Shown: positions 1 to 10,370, numbered from the stretch's first letter. The stretch: DNA of 64,000 nucleotides from Waterburya sp. (GCA_965217895.1 CBDCJV010000002.1:416001-480000); one strand, 5' to 3'. The notes: a model not told the origin generated them from the letters alone. Numbers and translations are program-made.

Positions 1-1
1 T

Positions 2-169
2 CAAGGATATGCCAGTCAACTGATTTCGGCGATGTTGGACTGGGGAAAAAGCAACGACGCAAAACAAGCCTATCTTCAGGTAGAAACCGAGAATCAAGCA
101 GGGATAAATCTGTACAATAAACTTGGGTTTACTGAAGTTTATCAGTATTTTTATCGCCTAAAATTATGA
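2..169 (+). CDS. GNAT family acetyltransferase, 3' end (partial)
   Basis: Frame-2 translation QGYASQLISAMLDWG...AYLQVETENQAGINLYNKLGF is a typical GNAT C-terminus. Its TGA overlaps the next ATG (ATGA at 166-169). Confidence 0.8.
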   Translation, partial: QGYASQLISAMLDWGKSNDAKQAYLQVETENQAGINLYNKLGFTEVYQYFYRLKL

Positions 170-375
170 ACGATTTAACAGCACAGTCTCATATCAAGCT
201 AGATCAATTTCTCAAATGGCAAGGAATTGCTCAAACTGGAGGAGAAGCCAAAATTATTATTAAACAGGGACAGGTAGAAGTAAATGGAGAAGAAGAGATT
301 AGAAGAGGACGTAAATTGGTTACTGGCGATCGCGTTACCGTGGCAGGAACAACCCATCGAGTAGAGTTACAGTAA
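166..375 (+). CDS. S4-domain RNA-binding protein (YbcJ/YaaA-like)
   Basis: IKLDQFLKWQGIAQTGGEAK...VNGEEEIRRGRKL signature; 69 aa. Confidence 0.9.
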   Translation: MNDLTAQSHIKLDQFLKWQGIAQTGGEAKIIIKQGQVEVNGEEEIRRGRKLVTGDRVTVAGTTHRVELQ

Positions 376-421
376 GGGCAAACTATCTTCTTCCCAGATT
401 GTTATTAGAAAATTAATTATT

Positions 422-892
422 ATGCTTAAGCAGGAAATAAAGACTCAAGGTATTGCAGCAGGATGTTTACGCCGTGTACATCATATTGCCTTCAATGTTA
501 AAGATATGGAAGCATCAAAGTATTTTTATGGCAAAATTTTAGGACTACACGAACTTAAGGGAGAAGAAGTTCCCTCAACCTTAGTTAAATTAGTTGCAGC
601 AGGAAAAGTAGGCAACTTTAGAACTCCTGACGGTGTAATTCTCGATCTATTTGCCGAACCTGATTTATCACCTCCAGATCCCGATCCAGACAAACAGTTT
701 ACCCGCGCTAATCATCTGGCTTTTGATATCGATCCACAGCTATTTGATGATGCAGTTACAACCCTAAAAAAGCTTCAAATTCCTATTGCTATAGACGTAG
801 TAACTCGTCTTACTGGCAGAGGTTTTTATATTTACGATCCTGACGGATTTATGATCGAAATTCGCTGCGATCCTCAAAAACAAAGCAGTTAA
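422..892 (+). CDS. VOC/glyoxalase family protein
   Basis: VHHIAFNVKD...FY; NHLAF; YIYDPDGFMIEI motifs. Confidence 0.88.
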   Translation: MLKQEIKTQGIAAGCLRRVHHIAFNVKDMEASKYFYGKILGLHELKGEEVPSTLVKLVAAGKVGNFRTPDGVILDLFAEPDLSPPDPDPDKQFTRANHLAFDIDPQLFDDAVTTLKKLQIPIAIDVVTRLTGRGFYIYDPDGFMIEIRCDPQKQSS

Positions 893-915
893 AAAAAACG
901 ACTGCAAAAGCAGTC
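891..915 (-). terminator. Intrinsic terminator between the convergent VOC and RNase D genes
   Basis: GACTGC-AAAA-GCAGTC hairpin (900-915) preceded by an A run, which is a U tract on the minus strand. Confidence 0.55.
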
Positions 916-953
916 ACTAATTATGAAGTATGAATCAACAGTTGATATTTAAA

Positions 954-1586
954 CTATCGATGTTCAAAAACATTTTGATATTGCAATATATCCAAGGTAA
1001 CGAATATGGGAATTGCTTGAAAGCACTGTTGCGCTAATTGATAACGATTTTCTCGTTTTAACATCGTTGTCAGCTTGTCTTTGACATCTAACAGATAGCG
1101 AACATCATTAGCAGCGTAACTATATTGTTCGCCAGAAAGATTCTCTGCATCGCCCCAATCAGAACTTTGAGCTTTTTTATCTAACTCTACTCCCGCTAAC
1201 TCTGTAACCAAACTTTTTAACCCATGACTAGAAGTATAGGTACGAGCTAGCTTACTGGCAATTTTGGTACAGAAAATAGGTGCAGTCTCAATGCCAAAAG
1301 TAACATTAAATTGAGCCACGTCAAAACGAGCATAATGAAAAACTTTAGTAATATCCCATGAAGTCAATAATTTTTGCAAATTAGGAGCGTCGGTTTGTCC
1401 TTTAGCGATGCGAATTGCCGTGACATAACCTTGAGGATCGCATAGCTGCACTAAACACAGGCGATCGCGTCCCAAAACTAAACCCATAGTTTCCGTATCT
1501 ATGGCGATTTCATCAGCAGACATATAGCGAGCTAGAGTGGCTGTATCTAGATCTTCATCACAAACTTGAACGTTTTCTAAAGCCAT
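954..1586 (-). CDS. rnd: Ribonuclease D-like DEDDy 3'-5' exonuclease
   Basis: AIDTET (ExoI), VFHYARFD (ExoII) and YAANDV (ExoIII) motifs. Confidence 0.85.
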   Translation of the reverse strand: MALENVQVCDEDLDTATLARYMSADEIAIDTETMGLVLGRDRLCLVQLCDPQGYVTAIRIAKGQTDAPNLQKLLTSWDITKVFHYARFDVAQFNVTFGIETAPIFCTKIASKLARTYTSSHGLKSLVTELAGVELDKKAQSSDWGDAENLSGEQYSYAANDVRYLLDVKDKLTTMLKRENRYQLAQQCFQAIPIFVTLDILQYQNVFEHR

Positions 1587-1944
1587 ATTTTTAATTTATT
1601 CTCGGATAAAAATTTGAGCGAAGTAGTATTTTCCTAGTTTATTTTTTGCTACTTCAATAACTGTTAAATTATAGTTTCTTACCATGCTTTGTCTAGATTA
1701 AGATACTTGTGGAATTAGGCTATGTCTAAATATTGACAAGTTTTCTGACTGATGTGACGTAAGTTTACTCTGTCTTAAAAGCCGAGTAAAAGTGGATTAG
1801 ATTCAGCATGAAATGGCTTTACCTCAAAACGAACCTAATAATTGTAGAGTTTGGGTGTATGCTTTTCGTTAGGTCACAGATTACTCTATGTTTGTGTAGT
1901 AAACTAATCTGCGATCGTTGGTCAGCGTGAGGAGTAGGGAATTA

Positions 1945-2772
1945 ATGGATTTTCGTCAAAGAGCATTAGAAACTCTAAAACAAACTAGCAGGACTTTTTA
2001 TATTCCTATTGCTCGTTTACCAGGAGAGTTACAGGATGCAGTAGCATCAGCTTATCTTTGTATGCGCGCGATCGATGAAGTTGAAGATACTCCTGACCTT
2101 GACAATCAGACCAAAGCCCAGCTTTTACGCAGTATTAGCCTGAGTTTACAAGAAACAACAGATGTTGATTCTTATCAGCGCATTGGGGCGAATTTAGCCG
2201 CTTATAAGGATGTTCTGCCTGAAGTTAGTCTAAATATTGGAAAATGGGCTAGTCTAGCACCAGAAACAATCGCTCCACGGATTTGTGACGCTACGGCAGC
2301 CATGGCAGATCGGATGGCTTATTGGGCAGAGCAAAACTGGACAATTACTACCGAAGCAGATTTAAACCGCTACACTTTTAGCGTTGCTGGGGCGGTAGGC
2401 TTGTTGTTATCAGATCTTTGGGGTTGGTACGATGGTACTCAAACAAATCGAACTCAGGCGATCGCTTTTGGTCGAGGTTTACAGGCAGTTAATATTGTTC
2501 GTAACCGAGAAGAAGATTCTTTAAGAGGAGTTAGCTTTGTGCCTGAAGGCTGGACTAATGAAGATATTCAAGCTTATGCTCGTCGTCAACTTCAACAGGC
2601 TAGTTTATATATTCAAGCATTGCCGAATAATAGTCCTGCTTTGGATTTTTGTCAGATTCCCTATATTTTAGCTAAAGGTACATTAGAGGCGATCGCTTTA
2701 GGCAAGCCTAAACTAAGTCGTCATGATGTTTTGAATTTGGTTGGTAAGCTAACTAAAATTAAATCTGCTTAA
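1945..2772 (+). CDS. Squalene/phytoene synthase family protein
   Basis: SRTF, AYLCMRAIDEVED, YTFSVAGAVG and GLQAVNIVRN motifs. ATG 1945 follows GGAG; the ORF track starts at 1918. Confidence 0.88.
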   Translation: MDFRQRALETLKQTSRTFYIPIARLPGELQDAVASAYLCMRAIDEVEDTPDLDNQTKAQLLRSISLSLQETTDVDSYQRIGANLAAYKDVLPEVSLNIGKWASLAPETIAPRICDATAAMADRMAYWAEQNWTITTEADLNRYTFSVAGAVGLLLSDLWGWYDGTQTNRTQAIAFGRGLQAVNIVRNREEDSLRGVSFVPEGWTNEDIQAYARRQLQQASLYIQALPNNSPALDFCQIPYILAKGTLEAIALGKPKLSRHDVLNLVGKLTKIKSA

Positions 2773-2786
2773 TTAAATAAATAAAT

Positions 2787-2917
2787 TAGGGGCGAACGGG
2801 GCCCTTCGGATTCGGCAGTTTGCTTATGTCGGTGAAACCGCAAGTCGAGCGTTCCCTTGCGCCTGACGGCGACGCGGGGTCTCGACCCACCGCAACTGCC
2901 TCACTGTTCGCCCTTAC
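2787..2917. repeat. Nested GC-rich palindromic short dispersed repeat (REP/SDR-like)
   Basis: Outer arms TAGGGGCGAACGG / CTGTTCGCCCTTA, inner arms GGCAGTT / AACTGCC, innermost CGCAAG / CTTGCG. Confidence 0.65.
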
Positions 2918-4767
2918 GATGCTGTAAATCCTAAATAACCTCTGGGGGTAATCATCCAGTTGGCATGATTGCGAGTGGTAGTATTGCCAATAATTACGGT
3001 AGTAAGCATATCGATGGGCTGATCTAACATTTTGTCGAGAGTGGTCAAGATAACCTGTTCATCCTGGCGATAAGCACTCTTGACGATCGCCACAGGGGTA
3101 TCGGGCTGACGATGTTGAGCAAATATTGATTGGGCGGTAACGATTTGTTGAGTGCGCTTTAGAGATCGCGGATTATATAAGGCGGTGATAAAATCTCCGC
3201 TAGCTGCTGCGGTTAATCTTGTCTGAATCATCTTCCAGGGGGTCAATAAGTCGCTAAGGCTAATGGCACAAAAATCGTGCATCAAAGGTGCGCCAACTCT
3301 AGAGGCTGCTGACTGTAAAGCCGAAATTCCTGGGTAGATCTTTACTTGAGGTGTTTGACCATTCCAGCCTCCCGTCTGTAATTCTTCTAGTACTAAACCC
3401 GCCATACCATAGATGCCACAGTCTCCAGAAGAAACCACCGCCACAGTTAAACCCCATTGAGCTAGTTCTATAGCTCTTTTGGCTCGTTGTTGCTCTTGGG
3501 TAATAGGCGAAGCTTCCACTATTTGTCCCGAACGCTTTAGAGATTTAATTAGATCGAGATAGAGAGTGTAGCCAATTACCACGTCAGCTTCGGTGATTGC
3601 AGTCTGGGCTGCGGGAGTAATTTGGTCTAAGTTACCTGGCCCAATGCCGACTAGATATAGCTTTCCTGTTCGTCCAATGTATTCAGTGGTAGCTTGAGCG
3701 ATCGCAATTGTCACCGCACCCGATTGAGCATCTGCTTTGAAGATTTGCTTAGATACTAATAGATTTTCGCCTGCTAAAATAGCAGCAGCTTCGGCAACAC
3801 TGGGAGTCCCTACTTCTTGCTGTACAACTTCTGACGGGGTAGGCACATCTACCTGATTTAACTGTTGGGCATCAAAAGTTTTAAAAACTAAATTGCGTCG
3901 CTGACATACTTCGACAATTCCTTTCTCATCAGCTTTAAGATTAATACTGGCAATTCCCGCGATTGCTTCTGGAGCTAAATGATAGGTTCTACAGGTTTCA
4001 TCAATCGCTTGCTCAATTAATTCTCTTGATGTGCCTCTCTCACAACCAATGCCGAGCCATAATACTTTAGGATGCCACTGTACTTTGGGAAAATCTCCTT
4101 GAGGGGCAAACTTTCTTTTAGTTGAACTAATCCAAATTCGCCCTTGAGGCTGAGTTTCTGCTTGAGCGTCGGCAAATCCAAAGCTAAAGGGATGTTTTGC
4201 GGGTAAATGTTCCCGCCAAAGAATCGAGCCAGCCTCTTGAATTACCTGAACTGTCTCTTGTTTAGCGATCGCTGCCATTACTCCTGTCCAATCTCCTTCT
4301 CCTTTACGCCAACCGTAAGTAAAGCCAAAAGTGTCAATTGCTGGTAATGATTGACTATGGGATGCTCCTGTAATAATTGCGGTTGCACCGATTTGAGTAG
4401 CTACTAATTGAGCTAACAAATCTGCTTGACCCTGATGTCCACTACAAAGACTAATTACATAGTCACCTTGGGCATCAATTACTACTACCGCAGGATCTTC
4501 GACCTTACTTTTGAGTAATGGAGCAATTAATCTTACCACCGCACCAGCAGCCAGGCAAAATATAAATGCCTCATGTTCTGTCCAAATAGATGCTAAATGT
4601 TCTTTAAGAGAGCCTTGGTAATGACGAGAATTGCCTTGCTTTTCTATAGAAGCGGGTAGCCATAATTGCAGACTGGTGCTTTGAGATAAAGGTGTTAATA
4701 TCTGTGCTGCTTGAGGATGAGTGGCGATCGCGGCAATAGAAGTAAACTGACTAAAAGAATTGTCCAA
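2914..4767 (-). CDS. cobJ: CbiG-CobJ(CbiH) fusion, precorrin-3B C17-methyltransferase
   Basis: N-terminal CbiG part (DPAVVVID...SGHQGQA; GIGCERG; PSVAEAAA) and C-terminal tetrapyrrole methylase (LVGIGPG; VSSGDCGIYGM; HDFCAISLSDLLTPW). Confidence 0.92.
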   Translation of the reverse strand: MDNSFSQFTSIAAIATHPQAAQILTPLSQSTSLQLWLPASIEKQGNSRHYQGSLKEHLASIWTEHEAFIFCLAAGAVVRLIAPLLKSKVEDPAVVVIDAQGDYVISLCSGHQGQADLLAQLVATQIGATAIITGASHSQSLPAIDTFGFTYGWRKGEGDWTGVMAAIAKQETVQVIQEAGSILWREHLPAKHPFSFGFADAQAETQPQGRIWISSTKRKFAPQGDFPKVQWHPKVLWLGIGCERGTSRELIEQAIDETCRTYHLAPEAIAGIASINLKADEKGIVEVCQRRNLVFKTFDAQQLNQVDVPTPSEVVQQEVGTPSVAEAAAILAGENLLVSKQIFKADAQSGAVTIAIAQATTEYIGRTGKLYLVGIGPGNLDQITPAAQTAITEADVVIGYTLYLDLIKSLKRSGQIVEASPITQEQQRAKRAIELAQWGLTVAVVSSGDCGIYGMAGLVLEELQTGGWNGQTPQVKIYPGISALQSAASRVGAPLMHDFCAISLSDLLTPWKMIQTRLTAAASGDFITALYNPRSLKRTQQIVTAQSIFAQHRQPDTPVAIVKSAYRQDEQVILTTLDKMLDQPIDMLTTVIIGNTTTRNHANWMITPRGYLGFTAS

Positions 4768-4880
4768 GATGCTTTTTTGACTAGAAACGAACAGACATCA
4801 ACAATATAACAGCCTGAACTACTGAGTTTGTTAAAAGTATTAAAAGATATTTTGAGTCATAATCCGTAAAATGAATCAAC

Positions 4881-4911
4881 AAAGAGGATTTCTCAGTGCG
4901 AAGTCCTCTTT
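4881..4911 (-). terminator. Hairpin downstream of the CDF gene
   Basis: AAAGAGGA-TTTCTCAGTGCGAAG-TCCTCTTT inverted repeat. Confidence 0.45.
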
Positions 4912-4931
4912 AAAACAATTATTTGAGATAG

Positions 4932-5861
4932 CTATTCGACGATCGCTTTACGTCTAGCAGAAATTGATTTGGCTTCAATAAAGATGTTTTGAATTTCTGT
5001 GTGTTGCTGACGAATCGCAGTTTCTAGACGTTCAACGGCGATCGCCAATTCTCCTGTCTCTAAATCTTCGGCAAATTCTATTTCTAGGTTGAGCAATATT
5101 TCTTGAGGGCCAAAATGCAGAGTCAAAACTTTAATTACCTTATCTACCGCAGGATCTTCGTTGGTGATTTTCCTGATGCTGGCTACTGTCTCAGCACTTG
5201 CACCTTCGCCAATTAACAAACCTTTGCTTTCAGAAGCCAATAAAATTGATACTCCACATAAAATAACGCCGATTACAATTGAAGCAACCCCATCTAAATA
5301 AATGTTGTCCAGCAGATGTCCACTCAAGACACCCAAAAAAGCAACAAATAAACCAATTAAAGCAGCAGTATCTTCAAATAGGATCGTAAAAACCGTAGGA
5401 TCTTTACTAGCGCGAATTGCTTTCCAGAAGTTGCCTTCATTTTTACTGGCTAAAAATTCTTGTAAAGCCACATTCCAGGAATAGCCCTCAAAAATTACCG
5501 CTAACCCCAATACTACATAATTCCAAAAAGGATTAGTTAGTGGTTCAGGATAGCGAACATGATTTATTCCCTCATAAATCGACATTCCACCACCAATGGC
5601 AAAAATAAACAAGGCAACAATCAACGTCCAGAAATAAAGCTCTTGTCCGTAGCCAAAGGGGTGAGAGTCATCTGCTGGCTTCTTACTAAGGCGAATACCT
5701 AATAACAGCAACAGTTCATTGCCCGTATCAACTACAGAGTGAATCCCTTCAGAGAGCATGGCAGAACTACCTGTAATAGAGGCTGCAATGAATTTGATAA
5801 TGGCGATCGCAAAATTCGCAGCCATTGCTGCATAGATTGTTTTTTTGGTCGAACCAGACAT
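4932..5861 (-). CDS. Cation diffusion facilitator family transporter
   Basis: SSAMLSEGIHSVVD and HPFGYG motifs, six hydrophobic helices, cytoplasmic C-terminal domain. Confidence 0.9.
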   Translation of the reverse strand: MSGSTKKTIYAAMAANFAIAIIKFIAASITGSSAMLSEGIHSVVDTGNELLLLLGIRLSKKPADDSHPFGYGQELYFWTLIVALFIFAIGGGMSIYEGINHVRYPEPLTNPFWNYVVLGLAVIFEGYSWNVALQEFLASKNEGNFWKAIRASKDPTVFTILFEDTAALIGLFVAFLGVLSGHLLDNIYLDGVASIVIGVILCGVSILLASESKGLLIGEGASAETVASIRKITNEDPAVDKVIKVLTLHFGPQEILLNLEIEFAEDLETGELAIAVERLETAIRQQHTEIQNIFIEAKSISARRKAIVE

Positions 5862-6278
5862 TAGATATGTAAATACTTATTTAAGAATAGAGCTTGCAAC
5901 TATCTTAAGTCGAAACCCCACAGGTATTCAGGTATTAATGAGACTTAAACAATTATAAAAGTCTAAATAGGGTAAATAAGACTGAAAAGAAGCGATCGCA
6001 GAAATTCGCTTTTACCGCTTCTAGTTCCTCAAATTTTCTAAATTACAAAATAAATTAGATCGAGTAAACATTGTATTTAGATTAGAAAATTATTGCTATC
6101 AAGAAGAATTTAAGCTAATTTTTTATGATATTTCAAGAAAAAATTTACCATAAAACTAAAAAAGCTTGGTTTTGTTTTAAATCAAGCTATCTAATTTGAC
6201 TAGCTTTTTTGCATCGGCAATTTCTTGAAAAAAGCAAATATAAAACTAAGAAATTAAAAAACTGAGAAACAAAAAGTA

Positions 6279-6344
6279 TTTTTTCTACTTATTTACACCT
6301 TTTTTGTATCAGTAATTAAAGTTTTCTACTTTTTTGGGGATTGA
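6279..6344 (+). promoter_or_regulatory. Duplicated upstream motif, copy 1 (before the PspA-like operon)
   Basis: AGTTTTCTACTTTTTTGGGGATTGA (6320-6344) matches 10414-10438 at 23/25 positions. Confidence 0.45.
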
Positions 6345-6461
6345 TTTTCTAGTAATTAAGTTTATAAGATTAAATAATTAAATCCAAAAGTAAGTAACGC
6401 TAACCTGTTTATTCATTATTTTCTAGTTTCGAGATGCTATCTAAATTGAAAATCCAACCTG

Positions 6462-7166
6462 ATGAAAAAAATTACCTTTAAAAAATTTATCTATTGGTTA
6501 TTAGGAGAAACAGCAGGAAGAACTTTAGTAGGAACTTGGAAATGGGCCTGGGGTCTACCTGTCGAACCTGGAGGCAAAATTGCTCAAAAAGTAGCACAAG
6601 AGTCTTTGCAGTCAATGCAAGAATCAGTTGCACAGCTAACGCAAGGGGTTTCTAAAGTAGTTGCTGGATATAAACTGACACAAGAAAGATATGACAAAAA
6701 ACAAAAAGAATTTCAAGAAGCCGAACAACAAGCAGAACTAGCTTATCGTCGGGGAGATGAAGAAGCAGCCAGGTTATTAATCACCAAAGCGATCGCGATT
6801 GAAAAAATAATGCCTCAGCTAAAGCAACAAGTAGAACAGGCTAAACAAATCGCCACGGCAGCAACAGAAAAACTGAAAAAAGAAAAAGAAAAAATCCAAG
6901 CTTATCAATTGGATATGGCAAATCTGAAAGCCGTATCGGAACTAAATGAAATTATGGCAAATATTCATGGCATTACTACAGAGTTAGATCTAGATTCGGC
7001 GCGATCGCAATTTGAAGAGGCACAAAACAGCATTGACGGAAGATACATCTGGGAAACTACCAAAGCTGAATTAGCAGAAGACGAAACCGAAAAAATACAA
7101 AACAGTATCGACAAGCTATCCCTAGATGAACAAATCAACAGTCGTCTAGAAAAATTTAAACAGTAG
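6462..7166 (+). CDS. PspA/IM30 (ESCRT-III-like) family protein
   Basis: Long coiled coil with AELAYRRGDEEAARLLI motif and a C-terminal INSRLEKFK end; Trp-rich amphipathic N-terminus. Confidence 0.8.
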   Translation: MKKITFKKFIYWLLGETAGRTLVGTWKWAWGLPVEPGGKIAQKVAQESLQSMQESVAQLTQGVSKVVAGYKLTQERYDKKQKEFQEAEQQAELAYRRGDEEAARLLITKAIAIEKIMPQLKQQVEQAKQIATAATEKLKKEKEKIQAYQLDMANLKAVSELNEIMANIHGITTELDLDSARSQFEEAQNSIDGRYIWETTKAELAEDETEKIQNSIDKLSLDEQINSRLEKFKQ

Positions 7167-7198
7167 AAAAAATCGAGTTTACGGAGAATGATTCAGTC

Positions 7199-8026
7199 AT
7201 GAATAATAAATCTAAATCTAGAAAAGCCCCTCCACCAATTGTGTTTATTTTACTGGGCTTAATTATTTTTGGTGGAATCAGTTTAGTCAAGAAAAATCAT
7301 CAGCCAATAAGTAATTTATTGCCATCAATAGATCAATTTCAATCGTTAGAAAAACGCTTTAGTCTCGGAGAATATTTATTAATTCCAGCAAATGCAACTA
7401 ATGAAAAAAAAGAGGGAATTAACGCCTTCGCCGTTCGAGATTACCAAGGTGCAGCCAAACTTTTTCAAGCATCTCTAAAACAATTTCCTAACGATCCAGA
7501 AACGTTAATTTATTTGAATAATGCTACGGTAGCTACTTTAAATCGCGTCAAAATTGCCGTTGTCGCTCCCATCGGTAGCGATTTAAATCTGGCGCAAGAA
7601 ATGCTAAGAGGAGTAGCACAGGCACAAGATAAATTTAATTCTCAAGATGGTAACTTGCAGGTTGAAATTGTCAACGATCAAAACAAACCAGAAATTGCTA
7701 AACAGGTGGCAGCTGTACCCTGGCATATAGAAGGCAATACTAATCCTGACTTTATTCAAGCAGCAAATAGTCTTTGGAAAGGGAAAGTTAACTGGCGTAC
7801 AGCCATGGCTTATGATGCGACTCAAGCATTGATTGCAGGTATTAAAGCTAACCCTAGTCGTCAAGGCATACAGCAAACTTTATCAAAAGCTGACTTTTCA
7901 ATAACTGGTGCGTCAGGAACAATTAAGTTTTTACCTTCAGGCGATCGCAATCAGGCGGTTGATTTAGTCAAAGTTGAAGTCGATTCTAATTCTGAATTTG
8001 GCTATTCTTTTGTGCCTGTAAATTAA
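7199..8026 (+). CDS. Membrane-anchored branched-chain amino-acid-type ligand-binding protein, apparently internally deleted
   Basis: N-terminal TM, NDPETLIYLNNA, IAVVAPIG...EMLRGVAQAQ, then a jump from NDQNKPEIAKQVA directly to AVPWH...VNWRTAMAYDA...GASGTIKF. Confidence 0.7.
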   Translation: MNNKSKSRKAPPPIVFILLGLIIFGGISLVKKNHQPISNLLPSIDQFQSLEKRFSLGEYLLIPANATNEKKEGINAFAVRDYQGAAKLFQASLKQFPNDPETLIYLNNATVATLNRVKIAVVAPIGSDLNLAQEMLRGVAQAQDKFNSQDGNLQVEIVNDQNKPEIAKQVAAVPWHIEGNTNPDFIQAANSLWKGKVNWRTAMAYDATQALIAGIKANPSRQGIQQTLSKADFSITGASGTIKFLPSGDRNQAVDLVKVEVDSNSEFGYSFVPVN

Positions 8027-8180
8027 ATCTAAATTCTTGATTTTTTATCATCAAGACAAAACTCTGCATGCTAGTAATAAAAATAATACTAACATGAAAA
8101 GATGGGATTTAAATATTAATATTGGGTGCTAGGAATCATCCTCACAATTTAGTTTTTGTTACTTTAATGAGTTATTTATT

Positions 8181-8852
8181 ATGGATATAACTATTGTTAT
8201 CGTTTTTATAGTTATCAGTTTAATAGCTTATTACATATTTTGGCGAATTAATAAACGACGACGCGAAGCTTTGCTCAATTGGGCGCAGTCAAATGGCTGG
8301 AGTTACTATGAGCATAAAGATCGCCAAACCTATCGTCGTTATTGTTTCCTCAATCGATTACAGCAAGGCTCAAATCGCTATACGTTCGATATCCTTCATG
8401 GTAGATGGGATGGATATCCAGCAGAAGCATTTAATTTTCATTACTCAACAACAAGTTCAGATTCCAAAGGCAATCGTAGAACTCATCATCATTATTTAGG
8501 AGTAGTTTTAATTCAAATTGAGCTTAATTTTCCAAAGCTACTAATTTATCCAGAGAACTTGTTTCGGAAACTTAGTAATGCTTTGGGCTTTGGTGGAATT
8601 AAGTTTGAATCTGTAGAATTTTCTCGAAGATTTACTGTACGTTGTAACGATAAAAAATTTGCCTATGATTTTTGCAATACTAAAATGATGGATTATTTGC
8701 TAATGGTATCAGATATAGAACTTGAACTAGATGAAAATATAATTGCTCTATATCATGAACGCGGAAAAATTAATCCTGAAAAAATTAACGAGTCTTTAAT
8801 TATACTTTGTCAATTGCGACAATTAATGCCGAAATATTTATTTGAGAATTAA
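8181..8852 (+). CDS. Membrane-anchored protein, DUF3137-like
   Basis: N-terminal TM; IKFESVEFSRRFTV motif; lies directly before lemA. Confidence 0.55.
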   Translation: MDITIVIVFIVISLIAYYIFWRINKRRREALLNWAQSNGWSYYEHKDRQTYRRYCFLNRLQQGSNRYTFDILHGRWDGYPAEAFNFHYSTTSSDSKGNRRTHHHYLGVVLIQIELNFPKLLIYPENLFRKLSNALGFGGIKFESVEFSRRFTVRCNDKKFAYDFCNTKMMDYLLMVSDIELELDENIIALYHERGKINPEKINESLIILCQLRQLMPKYLFEN

Positions 8853-8853
8853 G

Positions 8854-9408
8854 ATGATAATCTACATAATTATAGGAAGCATAATTATCCTTGCTTTAAT
8901 CTTTATCTTTATTCACAATAATCTGGTTTCCGTTAGTAACCAATGTGATGAAGCATTGTCAAATATAGATACTGAATTAAAACGTCGCCACGATCTAATT
9001 CCTAATTTAGTTTCAGTAGTTAAAGGTTATGCTGTTCAGGAACAGTCTTTGCTACAAGAAATAGTCAGACTTAGAGAAATAGCGATTAATAATAGAGGTT
9101 CAGTTACATCACAAGCAGCAAGTGAATCTGCATTACAAAAATCTCTAGAAAATCTATTAGTACGTGTTGAAGCTTATCCCAATCTTAAAGCTAGTCAAAA
9201 TTTTTTAGAATTACAAAGGGAGTTAACTAACACAGAAGATCGTATTCAAGCAGCCTTACGATTTTATAACGGCAACGTTCGAGAGAATAATAATAATATT
9301 AGACAATTTCCATCAAATATAATTGCTAGTTTGTTTAACTTTAGTAGGCGTGAATTTTTTAAGCTTGAAGATATGGCAGCTAAACTTCCACCGACAGTTC
9401 AATTGTAA
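8854..9408 (+). CDS. lemA: LemA family protein
   Basis: N-terminal TM; IDTELKRRHDLIPNLV, EAYPNLKASQNFLELQ and IRQFPSNIIA motifs. Confidence 0.92.
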   Translation: MIIYIIIGSIIILALIFIFIHNNLVSVSNQCDEALSNIDTELKRRHDLIPNLVSVVKGYAVQEQSLLQEIVRLREIAINNRGSVTSQAASESALQKSLENLLVRVEAYPNLKASQNFLELQRELTNTEDRIQAALRFYNGNVRENNNNIRQFPSNIIASLFNFSRREFFKLEDMAAKLPPTVQL

Positions 9409-9515
9409 ATTAGACCTCTTTAATTTAATTGCCGCTATCTACAGCTACGAACTTGGTTTGAACTCAAATTAATAAGTGATCGCTGACAAATTAAATAATT
9501 ATCCATCTAATAACA

Positions 9516-9880
9516 TGACTTTTTAAAAATCTGGCTGCGGTTGTTTAGCTATACTCAAAATAGGAATTGTTTTGATATTTGGAGGACTATATTTATTTAG
9601 TGGTAAAAAATAAACTCCTTTAGAAGAAGCAGAAGTAATTCCACAAGAAGCTATTGCCTCTGGTTATATTTCTACGGATACAGAAGATTGGTTGGAATTT
9701 GAAAAAACTGGCATATCTGAAGGTATTAATAATAATATCGAACAAATAAAAACTAAATTTATTGCCAACTCAGACCTTGTCTATTAAGAAGATATAAAGT
9801 CGTGGTTAGGAATTGGCGCATCTGCTAGTATGCCAAATAAATCTCAGCCTCAAATTGATTTGTTAGTACGGTTTAAATAG
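9516..9880 (+). pseudogene. Remnant of the 5' part of a DUF3352-like gene
   Basis: Broken frames read KSGCGCLAIL..IVLIFGGLYLF / TPLEEAEVIPQEAIASGYISTD..W / EDIKSWLG, with stops; truncated at the IS remnant. Confidence 0.45.
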
Positions 9881-10369
9881 AACTTGTTTAGGGTAAACTT
9901 TCTTTCAGCTTTCAAAATGTCCCGTTTGACGTTTTCAACAGATCGATAAGGGTCAGGGAAGAATTGAGAAAAGCAACGCTGACTTTGCTTTTCTAGATTG
10001 AGAGTTACCTGAATGGCTTTGTGTGGCAACTATAACTAAAGTTGAATCAGAGAGACGACTGAAATATCAGACCCAATTTAGTACTAGATACTATATTTCT
10101 GACCTAACTGAATCGACATTTGAGTTCTATCAAAGGATTCGTGGCTACTGGGGTGTCGAAAATAAAGTTTATTATGTTCGCGATGTTACTTAAGAGGAAG
10201 ATAAGTCGAGAATCCGCATTACAATCTTGCCTCAAATTTCGGCGATCGCCAGAAATTTAGCTCTTAATTTGTACCGAGATTCTGGTTTTTCTAATATGGC
10301 TCAAGCAAAACGTCTTGGCCAATTTAATCTGGATCTTCTTTTTGCTCCTTTTGGAATGAAATAGCCCTG
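9880..10369 (+). mobile_element. ISAs1-family transposase remnant (3' half) with right end
   Basis: Fragments DKGQGRIEK, RYYISDL, RIRGYWGVENKVYYVRDVT*EEDKSRIR and AIARNLALNLYR; ends ATAGCCCTG (reverse complement CAGGGCTAT). Confidence 0.8.
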
Positions 10370-10370
10370 G

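Noticed and set aside
2787..2917. Cobalamin riboswitch next to cobJ
   Set aside because: It lies at the 3' end of cobJ, has no recognisable B12 box, and is better explained as nested repeats.
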